Shown here: in pieces, positions 27,332 through 38,360 of the stretch
Position numbering within the stretch: position 1 is the stretch's first letter
Layout of the letters: each line of letters opens with the position of its first letter
Assembly (NCBI GenBank): GCA_050273025.1
Contig: CP158635.1
Span: 15,438,001 to 15,502,000, forward strand
Direction of reading: 5' to 3'
DNA length: 64,000 nt
Origin: Cenococcum geophilum
Taxonomy: Eukaryota
The notes under the pieces: generated by a model
Database searches by the model: none
What the model saw: only the letters and a program-made list of their open reading frames with translations
Told to the model about the DNA's origin: nothing
Program-made: the position numbers and the translations under genes

Positions 27332-27567
27332 CGATATCTTAGCGTTTATAAGGCTTTTTAGGCCTAAACTTTAGAGATCTGGCCTAAATTCTACCTGGTG
27401 CCCACTAGCGAAGCGCCTACTACCCATAAAGAATTGAGTTAAAAACTGGAGCGATTTCCGCAGTATAAACTGTGTAATGAAATTAAGATATTATATAAGG
27501 AAAGAAGGTAAGGAAACAGGAAGAATAGATATATATTATTAACTTGGTTGCTTAGTTAACCATAGTC

Positions 27568-27856
27568 CTGGTAGAGTTTAGTAGACTTGGTAGAATTTAG
27601 CAGAATTCGGCAGCTTTAGTAGAATTTTATAGAATTTGGCAGACTTGGCAGAATTTGGCAGAATTTGGTAGAATTTGGTAGACTTGGCAGAATTAGGCAG
27701 AGTTTAGTAGAATTTGGTAGACTTAACAGAACTTAGCAGAGGTTACGGATATTACTAATATTGTAGATATTGTAAATATAGGATAATCTTGCGGTGGTAG
27801 GCAGAATATAGCAGAATATAGCAGAATGCGGTAGATTGCGGCAAAATGCGGCAGGT
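27568..27856. repeat. Degenerate 9-10 bp minisatellite (GGCAGAATTT-like) in the Ngaro 3' region
   Basis: Many tandem copies with RIP-type variants are seen directly. Confidence 0.85.
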
Positions 27857-30800
27857 AGCGTGTGTAAGGTATTATGGAATAGTCCCGTAACAGAAAGTAT
27901 AGAGTCCCTATATTAGGCTTCCCTAGCTAGTATAGGCATACTCCGCTAGAAATATAAGTTTAATTAAAGTCGTTTAGTTTCTAAGGTGTTGTAATAAAGT
28001 TTTACTATATTTAATGTCCATCGACCTAACTACGCCGTTTATGACTCTGTAAAGCCACAGTTATACGTATACTACGCTATACCCCTACGGAAAAAGTGGT
28101 TAGAGTAGCCGTTAGGTAAAATGCCGCTAGTAGCTAGGCGGGTTAATAGAATCTTACGTACTACTAGCGCCGAAAATGCTTTATTATTAATGCTAAATAA
28201 TAGATCTAATAGAGGCCGGGGGTTACGGTTAAATAACCGTATTATTACGGCTATGGGGCATAGACGATCTCCTAGTACAGCGGCGATCTGGATATTAACG
28301 CCACTATAGGTTTTGTCTAACTTGCTCTGTTTTAGGTAAAAGACTATTAAATAGCTATTAGGGGCGATCCTAATATTATTACGGAGGGCCCTTATAGTGC
28401 TAAAGTCCTTAGCTTTCTTATTTAGGTATATAATTTCTCCTATACGTAGGAAACCTATAAACGCCATTGTAAATGCCGCATCTATATTTATATCCGCTTT
28501 ATAGGGTAGAGGTAATAATCTTATCTAAGATGTCCTTTATAATTAGTAGTTTGGTCTTTTTAGTAAATGGGAATAATAATATAGCCCCCGCTAGGGCCCT
28601 TTTAATAGTATAGTCTTTAAAGGTGGTAATTAAATAACCTAGGTTTATATAATAAGATCAGATTACGGAAATATAGTTAGAGAGGGTTTCTGGCTTAATC
28701 CTGCCTATTAAAGGGGCGGCTGTACTAAACGCTTATTAGGCAATCCACTCCCCTAAGTTTATCCTCTTAGCTAGATATGGTAATAAACTATTTAGGGCTA
28801 AGAAGGCCTCCCAGCTCTTAATAGCGGAGGAGTAGCCTTTCCTTATATTGGCTGCTAAGCCATACTATATAAGTAGTAAAAAGTAATAAGACCTACTGAT
28901 TTTACTCCAGAAGGTTAGGGGGGGTTAATTAAACAACTCTGGGTTAACTGTAAGAGTTAGCAGCCACTTAGAGGAGAGGTATTATTTTTCTAGTAAGAAG
29001 CCTTTATTTATCCGGTAAGAAGCTATTATTTATCCAGTAAGAAGCCGTTATTTATCTAGTAAGAAGCTATTATTTATTTGCCACTTAGGGCACAGTAATA
29101 ATAATTTCTTGCGGTTAAATCGCGAAAGAGTATTAGTAAGCCTATTATTGGCGCTAGAGACCTATATAGTTATTATAGTAATATTATTTGTTATTAAGGA
29201 TATAAGTATCTCTTAGAGTAATTAGTTTTTAGAACCTTTTATAATATTATTTTAGATACCGCTGTAAGTAACTATATTATCTGTATAAATATAAAGAAAT
29301 CTATATCGCCAGACCAATAACTACTTTTTAAATGCCTTCGCAATAGCATGTATCTCTTTTAGGTTAATATAGTTATCCGCCTAGTCTAGTAGGGGATAAT
29401 AGCTGAAGGCCTAGGCCTAGGGTAGGGAAGCCGCGTAATTAGGCTAGTGGCCGTTCTCTCTACTAAAGTAGAAGCCTCTATAGCCTTTAAGTGATAAGGC
29501 GTTGGTAAATAAGTGAAACTGCGGCCTTTTCTTGTTATTAAAGAATAGTATACTGTTACTTAATATAAGAACCTCAAGCCAGAGGTTAAGGTCTTCTTTT
29601 AGCTCTAGGGGGAGGCGCTAGGGTATATGTCTTGATAACCTAGTAGGCCATTTTGTTATAAAGGCTTATAAGGAGTAAGAGTACGAGTGCCTAAGGTGGA
29701 TAACTCTTGTATACTATGCTAGGCGGCCCACCAGTTATTAGGTTTGCTGTAATAATAGCTAGCCCTTTTAGAGGGCTTCGGTTACCTAATTAATAGCTTT
29801 CTATTACTTAGCTAGTAAGAGTTTTATCTCCATTGCTATGGTGTTAATAGTATAACCTAATACTTTAGCCTCCGTACCCTTAATATTCTTAGCATTATTT
29901 TAGGGTACCCCTAGCTAGTTAGTAACCAAGAGGTATACCTCCCTTAGTGACGGTAGTATAGTTAGACACTTGACCACAAATATAAAATTATTAAGGTAGT
30001 GCTTAATAGCGGAATTAATCTATTATGCTAGGATTTAATAAAGACCTTCGGCGAATAAGTTAAAAAGAAATAGGGCTATTCGTAAGCTAAATGGTAGAGA
30101 GCATTTAACGTATATAACTCCCTTCTAGATAAAGCCGAGTAGGTAACGCGACCGCACTAAAACGGGCACTATCCGGAAGGCATCTTTAATGTCTCGTTTA
30201 ACTAGGTAGCAGCCTCTACTAGCTGTAATTATATATGCTAGTATAGTCTCTATTTGGGTATAGTGTAGTACTGCCTAGGCTAGGTTGATAGAGTTATTGA
30301 CTAAGAAGCCCTTGGGTGAAGAGAGGTTGTAAATACGGTAGAAGTTACTATCTGCCTTAGGCACTAGGCCTAGGGGTAAGGTAACTATAGAGTTGGTGGC
30401 CTATATACGGCCTAGGGCTAGGTTAATAATAATCTTTTTTAAGATAAGGTCTTCGTTATCGTGTAAGGAGAGGTGGTTTTTATAGATATTAGGTAGTATA
30501 GGTAACAAGGGACCTATCTCCGCCCTATAGGTAAGGATGCCTTATAAAATTACTAGGAGATTTCTAGGGTACTTATAAAGGAGCGTGCTCCAAGCAAGAG
30601 GTCTTAAAGGTAATAGTAAATTAGCTAGTAAAGTTATTTATAAGTAAGTTTTAAAAAGGGGTACTAAATTAGGCCTGCCTTAGAGCCTTAGCGTCTATGG
30701 TAGGTCTATCTAGATAGTTAAACCTAGGAAGACGTCTTTATTTACCATTAAATCCTAGGTTTAACTACTTATAGTAGTAAGCTACCTAGGGCACGACTTT

Positions 30801-32583
30801 AATAGGTGGTTTTTGTTATATTTAGAGTATGCGTGGCGGTAATAATATAGATCTTCTCTATAAGCCTACTAGTTATTCTAGCTATAACAGGGCTTACTAG
30901 AGGGGAGGGGAGGGGAGGTATTCTTTTGCGATCTTTTTAATGCTATACCACGGACTTTAAGTCCCTAGCTCTATACCTTTATATTAGCTGCCTGGCAGTA
31001 TAGGGCCTTAAACTAGGTAGGTATGTCCTAGTTACTAGGCTTAAGCTAATTGCGATCTATAATATACCTATAGTAGTTAAGCGCGAGGTCTAGGATGGAG
31101 GTCCAGTTATAGGTTGCGGAGTAGTCGCGGATCTTATTTATCTAGAGCAATATTCTTATATGGAGGTTAGTTGGGCATATATAGAGAGTGCTTACGATTA
31201 CTATGTAGTTTATAAATCCAGTAAACTAGACCTCCTTATTCTCGTAGACCTTGCGGCTAATAGTAGGTCTCTTTAAAATAAGCTTTCCGTTTTCAATAGT
31301 AGCCATATTAGAAAGGTCTGGGCGGCTAGAGTATACCTATAAACGTACTAGGTTCTTTAGGCGGAAGGATCCTTTCCATATATTATAGAGGTCTCTTTTA
31401 GCTAGGCTAGGGAGGTTAAGCTTAAGCGTGCCTGAGCCTTCCGGTAGGTTATAGGACTTACCTAGTTTATCTGCCTTAGTAGTAGAGGTATACTCTAGTG
31501 GAGTAGGCTGCTTTAGAGCGGCTAGCCTTGCCTAGTAAAACTCCTCTTTCTATTCCGTCTTTTAGATCTATGCCTATTTCTTCTACTCTCTCTTTCGGAT
31601 CTCTAGGTTATGGAGTTATTAGGCCCTCTTGTCTTATTTTCTAGCTCTTTCTTCTAAAGATAAAACCATAGTATATTTGGTAGATGGGATGGTAGTAGAT
31701 AAGGAGGTAGATAATAGGGTGGTTGAGCGAGGAGTTTTCGACCGGGTGCTATTGGCTAGAAAGTCGGTTATGGGCCTTAATAAATTATCGCCACTAGGAA
31801 CACTAATCGTAAGCAATCTATGATAAAAAGAACGACCTATTGAGTGCAGTTGTAAGCGATGATGTTGTTAACTGTGTTGAACATCTAGTTGAATACCTAA
31901 GTTGCAGGGTTTTCGGCTAAGCAATGTATAGACACGTAATAGATATAAATGCATTATATAGAAGGGCAGTGGATTATACTAGAAGGTATAATAATAAGAT
32001 TGGATTATGCTGTAAGTAGGGAAGCTATAAGTAGTATACGTGTATACATATAGGGCGGAGTAGGGAAAGGGCAGGTATATAATTCTACATAGGCAATAAT
32101 AGATAGGGAAAGTGGTTTAAAAGGCAGATAGGGCAAGACAGGCATTCGAGACACCTTCCTTAGGGGTCTCTAAGCAGTAACCTAACAATGTTTTTCCCCC
32201 CGTTGATGTAGTACAAATGCTATCTAAAAGTATTACCTCTCACGTTTCCCTTAGGGGTTTTTTATTCACCCAAAAAATGGGTTTTTCTCAGTATATATAT
32301 TGAGTTTTTACCATAGGAATTAGTCTGCGTGGACCCATTAGGGGGACTGGGTTAGACGGTAAATTAAATCTATTATTAATTATCCTTAGTAGTAGATTAC
32401 TTACCTTAACCTACACTACTATAGATAAAGGATAAGACTTATACTTCTGCTTATAATTATAAACGCCTTAAGATTATATACAAAGCTAATGTTGCCGCTA
32501 AGGTATAAGAGGTTAATCCTTTTAACGACTATATTAGCATAAATTATATATTACTTAAACAGGATAAGCAATTTAATACTATA

Positions 32584-32751
32584 TGTCAGGGCACTAAACA
32601 GGCTGATGGAATAATACATATAATACTCTATAAGGAAGAATCTCAGGGGCTCAAAGGCCCCGAGAAGATATCTACACAATGGCCCGCGCGCTGTCACGTG
32701 ACACGTCGCCGAGCTCAAAGAGACTGCCCAAGTACCCCCCCCCCACCAACA
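32584..32751 (-). mobile_element. Solo LTR (168 bp) of the Copia family whose 5' LTR is at 47052-47220
   Basis: TG..CA ends and 5-bp TSD CTATA. It is the near-identical reverse complement of 47052-47220. Confidence 0.92.
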
Positions 32752-33425
32752 CTATATAATATTAGTATAATCGCCTTACTACCTAACCCGAGCTCGCTTA
32801 ATTCGCCCTTAATATTCTTACTATTCCACCTATATCTAATAACTATGAACAACTATTTAGTAGCGCTAAAATCCTCCTTAAAGATCGTTGTTCTTAGTTA
32901 CGGATAGATATAATTAAGGCAAATACGTGTCTTCGCTACTTATATAGGCCTCCGCAGAAGGGTACATTTAATAATAAGGACGTTGGTAAGGTAGAAGGAG
33001 AGCCTTAGCTAGATAGGATATCGCCATCATAGGCCTTAAGGCTTCGTGTTACTGCGTATGAGAAGGCGTAGGCGGAGGTAGCGGCAGTTTACTTAATAAG
33101 GGAAGATGAAGATAATAATGAAGATAAGGGTGAGGGTAAGGACGAGGCATTGGAGGTGGAGTTCGCTACTATTGAGGCGATTCTTAATTAAGGCAACGAT
33201 ACTAATGATGGCGATAAGGAAGGAGAGGTTAATAAGGACAATAAGTAGAGAATCTAATTTAATATTGGTAATATTTGCCACCTTTACCTTAACCTCCTTA
33301 ACACTATATTTATGCTAAGACTTACTATTTATAGTATATATTTGCTTCGGAGCTTCAGCTTTTGATAGGCTAGTGGGGTGGATTTGAGCCCAGATCCAGT
33401 CCAGTCCAGTCCAAAAAGATCACTG

Positions 33426-34339
33426 GTCAAACGCATATCACGACATTAGCGGCATACAGGCGCGCAATGCCACTGCGCTTCTGGCTCACGGGTATCACTG
33501 GGATGAGAGAGCGGAGTACTATGTCAAGATTCCTTCGATTGAGCAGCCCGAAGCGCAAGGAGCTGGTTCAGTCTTTAGTAGCGTAAATGACTACGCCAAA
33601 TGGATACGAGCATTGATCAAACGCACTGACCATCTTCCTTTGGCTGCGCATAAGGAGCTGGTAAACCAACGGGCTATCATGCACGAAGAGGAAGGAGACA
33701 GGATACCTTTCTATAGTCAGGCCCTGTATGCGCTTGGCTTGGTGGTTGAGCCTTACCGCAGCCTCACGGTGATTGGGCATGGCCGCGTCCCCCGGATTCA
33801 ATAGCTTGATGCGATATCTACCAGAATTAGAGTTGGGCATTGCTATCTTTGGAAACTCGAATGGAGCCGGGGACATCGCGGAAATTTTATGCTGGCATCT
33901 AATCGACGGGCTATTGAGCGTACCTACGCCAGAGCGGCTGGACTGGACCGCACTTCAACGTGAGTATCATGAGAAGTCCAAGCAAGAAGAAAAGAATCGT
34001 TTGCAATCTAAGCCGCTAGAACCTGAGTTCGCAATGAGTGTGCCTCTTTTGCAGTATGCGGGCAAGTATCAAAATGTTAGCTATCATGATCTTATTCTTG
34101 AGGTTAAAGACGGGAAACTTTGGGCAGATTGTTCGGTCCGGAATTTCGGTTTTGTATTGTCGTTCGACCACGTATATGGAGATACCTTTGTTGTCGAGAT
34201 ACGTGACTTTTTGGATGATAGTAAGAGAAACGTGGGAGCCGAATTTCAGCTTGGTGTGTTAGGGGAGGTAGAGTCTTTAGGTATGGAATTTGTAGAGTAG
34301 ATGAAGGCAGAAATGATATGATTCACGAAGGTCGAGTAA
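33426..34339 (+). pseudogene. Beta-lactamase/AmpC-like serine hydrolase, 3' half with C-terminal extension
   Basis: Continues in frame from the 5' half (MSN|AYHDISG..QPEAQGAGSVFSSVNDYAKW..VIGHG). Frameshift at ~33790 and premature stops at 34298 and 34319. Confidence 0.88.
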
Positions 34340-34864
34340 AGTCTCTGCCAGGTGACTATTTGACTATTCGCGCGGTTTGGTCTGATTCAGAAAGCAATCT
34401 TGAAGCTGTTTAGAGAGTAATGAAGCGTACTCCTGTATCTAGTGCGCTTCTCCTCGACACCCATCATTTAGGTTGACCCCGGCCCCAAGATCTTCTCCAC
34501 AGGCCACCATTAATGTCAAGCTTTAATTCTTACTGCCTTGTCACATTAAAACTAGAATGAACTCGCAACTTGTAGAAACAAACCATCTTGCGCTCAAACT
34601 TGTCAGCTCTATTCATCCATTCCACCTGTTTGTCATTGCGACTCCTGTTTCAACTTCCGAATGGCAAGGTCGCTTCTGGCCGCGCTAATACCTCAGCTTG
34701 ACGCCTCCAATAATGTACACGGCCCACATGGTAGCTGTGAAATACTTGCGAGTCTGCAGAGCCCCTCATGACCGGTATCGAGTTTCTTCTTTCACCTGGT
34801 CAATTCACCTTTATCATTGGTTCTCCTATTTTTCTTCAAGTACTTGTTTTCTATACAGATCGGC

Positions 34865-35839
34865 ATGGACATCTTCAATCGCTACATGAGTGGTGGTATC
34901 TCAGGAATCTTTGGTTCCAGCCCAGAACAATATTGGGGCACTCTTGTTGACGAGGTTGGGACACCTTCACAAATGTTTACACGCCTCGTCCTCTCCATCT
35001 ATGAGTTCCTCAAGGCAACTGCGGAAGACCGAGCCCCACAAATGCTTCCCCACGGTGCGCAGCCTTACCTTACGCCAGAGATGTTCGCAAACCTACTGGA
35101 TGCCCTCTCAATTGGCCCCCTAAACTTCGACGACAGCGACACCAAGAATTTCCAAATCACCACGCTCGACCAAGCTTTCCTAGAATTCTACACCGCCATG
35201 AATCTTGCCCACAACCACATCGCGCGCCCCAACGTGCCAGGGAGCAAGATGCCGTTGCTGCGACGCAGCGGGCTGGGTGCATACTTGCTATTACTCATCC
35301 GAACCGACCCGCCGGCGATGCAGCAGAAGCTGACGGCGCTGCTGAGCGAGCAGAAGCGGCTCTTCCTTGACCCGTTCACCGAGTCCGCCTTCGTGCACAC
35401 CACGATCCCACTCTCCTGCTTCCCTGCCTCGCCCGACCCCGGCAGCGTCGCGACCCTCGCAGCCTCATCCGCCAAGTGGTTGGAGAAGCGGACGGCGCTG
35501 ATCGCGAGGGCGAACGCAGCGGCTGCGGGCGGTAATCCTGACCTTCGAGCGCTGCTGGCGCAATACCAGTCCCAGTCGAGTAATGTGATGGGTGCTCGGA
35601 TGCAAGCGGCGGGCAATATCGGTGCGGCGAACGCGGCGTATGCGATGGCGATGGCGGAGAGGCAGAAAGCGCTGGCGCTGAATCGGGCGATGGAAACTCA
35701 GGATATCTACAGTGATTATACTTATAAGTGGCAGCAGGCGCCTGGAGGAATCCGGGGATTTGGTGATATCCTTTTTCGCGTTGACTTCCGCGTACGGCGA
35801 TTAAACGTCGGAGTGCAAGGAAGGAAAGGTTTTCCCTAG
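34865..35839 (+). CDS. Hypothetical fungal protein with Ala/Gln/Met-rich C-terminus
   Basis: Long GC-rich ORF with coding-like composition; the first ATG is at 34865. No motif recognised with confidence. Confidence 0.7.
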   Translation: MDIFNRYMSGGISGIFGSSPEQYWGTLVDEVGTPSQMFTRLVLSIYEFLKATAEDRAPQMLPHGAQPYLTPEMFANLLDALSIGPLNFDDSDTKNFQITTLDQAFLEFYTAMNLAHNHIARPNVPGSKMPLLRRSGLGAYLLLLIRTDPPAMQQKLTALLSEQKRLFLDPFTESAFVHTTIPLSCFPASPDPGSVATLAASSAKWLEKRTALIARANAAAAGGNPDLRALLAQYQSQSSNVMGARMQAAGNIGAANAAYAMAMAERQKALALNRAMETQDIYSDYTYKWQQAPGGIRGFGDILFRVDFRVRRLNVGVQGRKGFP

Positions 35840-35899
35840 GCACGTGCAGCGCACGTGCCTCACAGGCGAGTCGACTAGGTCGCCTGTACTCCAAACTTC

Positions 35900-36140
35900 G
35901 CAGTGGTTGAATTCTATAGCTCTGGTTGGCTAGCTCTTATCGATAACATGGGGACGAAATCTGACGGGTTAAGGTATCCCTTAACCCGTCAAAATTGGTC
36001 CTTACGGTATCAATAAGAGTCCACCAATCAAACCGGTCGAATCAAGCCGCCGTTCCCGGAAATACGGACCTTTGACTTCGTTGAGAACGATGTTCCGCAC
36101 AGACCACTTACGCTAAGGACCTTGACGGGTTAGGGGATAG
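35900..36140. repeat. Degenerate palindrome / MITE-like inverted repeats
   Basis: TGACGGGTTAAGG-TATC-CCTTAACCCGTCA is centred at ~35977 with decayed arms of ~75 bp. A third copy of the motif (TTGACGGGTTAGGGGATA) lies at ~36122-36139. Confidence 0.6.
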
Positions 36141-37041
36141 CTGCACCTTTGCTGATTTTGAGGCTAGTTTTTATCCCTTGCAGCCCCTCAGGTTATTGAT
36201 CAGAACTGACCAGTTAGATTAGATGAATTTGGTGCCCGTGTCCGAAATATAAGGCTGGTAATATTTATAATATACTATATAAAAATATACAGGCTTAATC
36301 TTTGGAATTAAGTCCCTTAATATGAGACCTCTAGCGGTTGTCCTCCTTGAAGAACAGTATTTTATATATGCTGCAGCCAAAATGAGTCCTTGGAGCGCCC
36401 AAGCCATAGTCGTCCCAATCGTCAATATAAAGAGGCTTGAATTCGGACAACAGCCAAAGCCTGGGGGGAGGGCTTTTCGCCGTCTTATTTGGGGAGATGT
36501 TGTATTGAGTCTTCTGAACAAGATCTATATCAATTCTAGGCATGATGGTGGTGTAATTAATGGTTGAATTCTATATAGATACACGCGTTGATTTGAAAAC
36601 GGTGTTCCCGCACGGACTACTTAGAACTACTCTAAGGACCCTGACGTTGGAATGTTGTGCGAGTTTGCACAAAAGCTGCACAATAAGCACCTTATTAATC
36701 CTGACCAGGTGTGTGATTATTAAGCTCAGGATCCAAGGGACTAAATATCTCGGAGCTAAAAGTGTTCTTTTGATGACGCCAGTTTGATTCGCACCAGATA
36801 CGGAGGACAAACGAACTTATAGTGGAAATTCTTTAGGCTGATATGTAAGCTGACCCCTCATACACCCCGCTTCGCTTTCTTTCTTTAGAATTCGGGGTTT
36901 GCAACCACTGTAGCGGTTCCAGGCTGCTACGAGGCTTATAATGGGAGCTTTTTTATATATTCTCTCCCCAGGGCGGACAGGTAGACCGCGACGCAAATAT
37001 TATCCAGTAAGTTAGCCAAGCATTTACTTGAAGCACCTTTC

Positions 37042-38193
37042 ATGGCTACCATCCGCATCGGGTTAATTGGCCTCTCTGCCAATGCCATTTCCTCTTGGGC
37101 CGAAAAGGCCCACCTTCCATATCTCCAATCCGATCCTAGATATGAAATCACCGCTCTTTGCAACACTTCTGTTTCCTCAGCTGAGAAAGCCATCAACCAC
37201 TTCAACCTCCCGGCATCGACCAAAGCCTATGACTCCGTCGCCACGCTAGCAGCAGACCCGGACGTCGATCTCGTCGTCGTGAGCGTGCGAGTGCAAAATC
37301 ACTACGAGGCAGTCAAACCCGCGCTGCTGGCTGGGAAAGGTGTATTCTGCGAGTGGCCATTCAGCGTCAACGCGACCGAAGCGCAGGAGCTCGCCGCTCT
37401 GGCCAAAGAAAAAGGGGTCAAAACGATGGTGGGCGTGCAGGGCCGCGCCAGCCCCGTCGTCGTGAAGTTGAAGGAGTTGGTTAACTCCGGCGCCATCGGC
37501 GAAGTTGTTAGCACGGATGTAGCGGCGTCGCTCGGGCCACGCATGGAGGCATGGACGGAGAACGCGAGCTTCGTCCTCGACATCAACAGCGGCGGCACGC
37601 CGTTGAACATCAGGTTCGGGCACTTCCTCGATCCGTTCTGCCATGTGCTGGGCGAGTTCGAGAGCCATCATTCCCTGCTCGCGACGAATGGGAAGGAGGT
37701 CAAGGTGTATGACGTCCCGTTGACCGACCTGGCGCGGGCGGCGGAGGATCCGCAGAAGCCGTATCGCGTCGCCCAGCGCACGTCGTCGGACGAAATTTTG
37801 CTGCACGGCAGGTTGGAGGGTGGAGCCGTTGCGTCGCTACATTTCAGGACTGGCCCGCCGGAGCCGGATGGGATGGGGCTGAGATGGCTCATCACGGGGA
37901 CGCAAGGCTCGATTGAAATATCTCACCCTCAGAGCGTAGCTTTCCTTCAGTTTGTGGATACAAAGATTCGGGTAAGGAAGCACGGGGGGGATGTGGAGGA
38001 GGTGGGGGTGGAGTGGGATCGTGAGGGAGCGTTTAAAGCATATGGCGAAATTACATTTGCGGCGAATACGGGGAGGCTTTATAAGGCGTGGGCGGACGGG
38101 GACACAAGATTTATCATGGATTTCGAGCGGGCAGTGAAGAGGCATGAGCTAATTGATGATATGATTAAGCAAGCTGGCAAAGAGAGAATATGA
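37042..38193 (+). CDS. Gfo/Idh/MocA-family NAD(P)-binding oxidoreductase (Gal80-like fold)
   Basis: Intact 383-aa ORF with N-terminal IRIGLIG Rossmann motif, DPDVDLVVVSV..H, GKGVFCEWP and GHFLD. Confidence 0.92.
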   Translation: MATIRIGLIGLSANAISSWAEKAHLPYLQSDPRYEITALCNTSVSSAEKAINHFNLPASTKAYDSVATLAADPDVDLVVVSVRVQNHYEAVKPALLAGKGVFCEWPFSVNATEAQELAALAKEKGVKTMVGVQGRASPVVVKLKELVNSGAIGEVVSTDVAASLGPRMEAWTENASFVLDINSGGTPLNIRFGHFLDPFCHVLGEFESHHSLLATNGKEVKVYDVPLTDLARAAEDPQKPYRVAQRTSSDEILLHGRLEGGAVASLHFRTGPPEPDGMGLRWLITGTQGSIEISHPQSVAFLQFVDTKIRVRKHGGDVEEVGVEWDREGAFKAYGEITFAANTGRLYKAWADGDTRFIMDFERAVKRHELIDDMIKQAGKERI

Positions 38194-38360
38194 AGCGGTG
38201 TAAGAGGATGACGCCTATTCAGTAAGTTGAGTCTATTTTGAGAGAGCAAGCAATCTCAAATTGTCATGACAGAATTTTGATTGAAGAATATGGTTCATTG
38301 AGTCTTCAACTAGACTGGAGATATCCTAGTACGGCTGTCCAAATAGCCAAAGTCAAGTTA

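Larger units (their letters stand above)
26689..31940 (-). mobile_element. Ngaro-type (DIRS order) tyrosine-recombinase retrotransposon, RIP-inactivated
   Basis: Minus-strand gag-like region, RT (HYLNNF = YLDDF ~29995), RNase H, and tyrosine recombinase (FIGFLRIGE...SKLDK...NHFFRRG, ORF 28072-28467). Split direct repeats: A ~31825-31940 and ~26928-27044; B ~27045-27403 and ~26689-26848. Confidence 0.88.
26120..32375 (+). mobile_element. Short non-autonomous non-LTR retroposon (~1 kb own sequence: 26120-26688 + 31941-32375), split by a Ngaro element
   Basis: Direct repeat TTAATTATCCTTAGTAG at 26104-26120 and 32376-32392, with hAT sequence on both outer sides. No TIR or LTR. It has a structured 5' end and a 3' stem-loop with a short AAATT/AAATC-type tail. 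Confidence 0.7.
15728..33425 (+). mobile_element. hAT DNA transposon (RIP-degraded) carrying ~14 kb of nested insertions
   Basis: Perfect 21-bp TIR CAGTGATCTTTTTGGACTGGA. 8-bp TSD GTCAAACG at 15719-15726 / 33426-33433, with one extra G at 15727. RIP-damaged transposase remnants lie in ~24097-26119 (ISFNL*TLLN.., resembling hAT 'SFDLWTS') and ~32393-32950. Confidence 0.9.

Noticed and set aside
28072..28467. Tyrosine recombinase as a Starship captain or Crypton
   Set aside because: It is short, lies downstream of RT/RNase H and sits within split direct repeats, which fits a DIRS/Ngaro YR.
36219..36810. Short ORFs or a possible phosphotransferase relic on the minus strand
   Set aside because: Only vague motif resemblance (VRV.RV, IDDWD) in broken frames; cannot be supported without a search.
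2296..38145. Numerous antisense or overlapping ORFs within the real genes
   Set aside because: They are shadow ORFs of GC-rich coding sequence.
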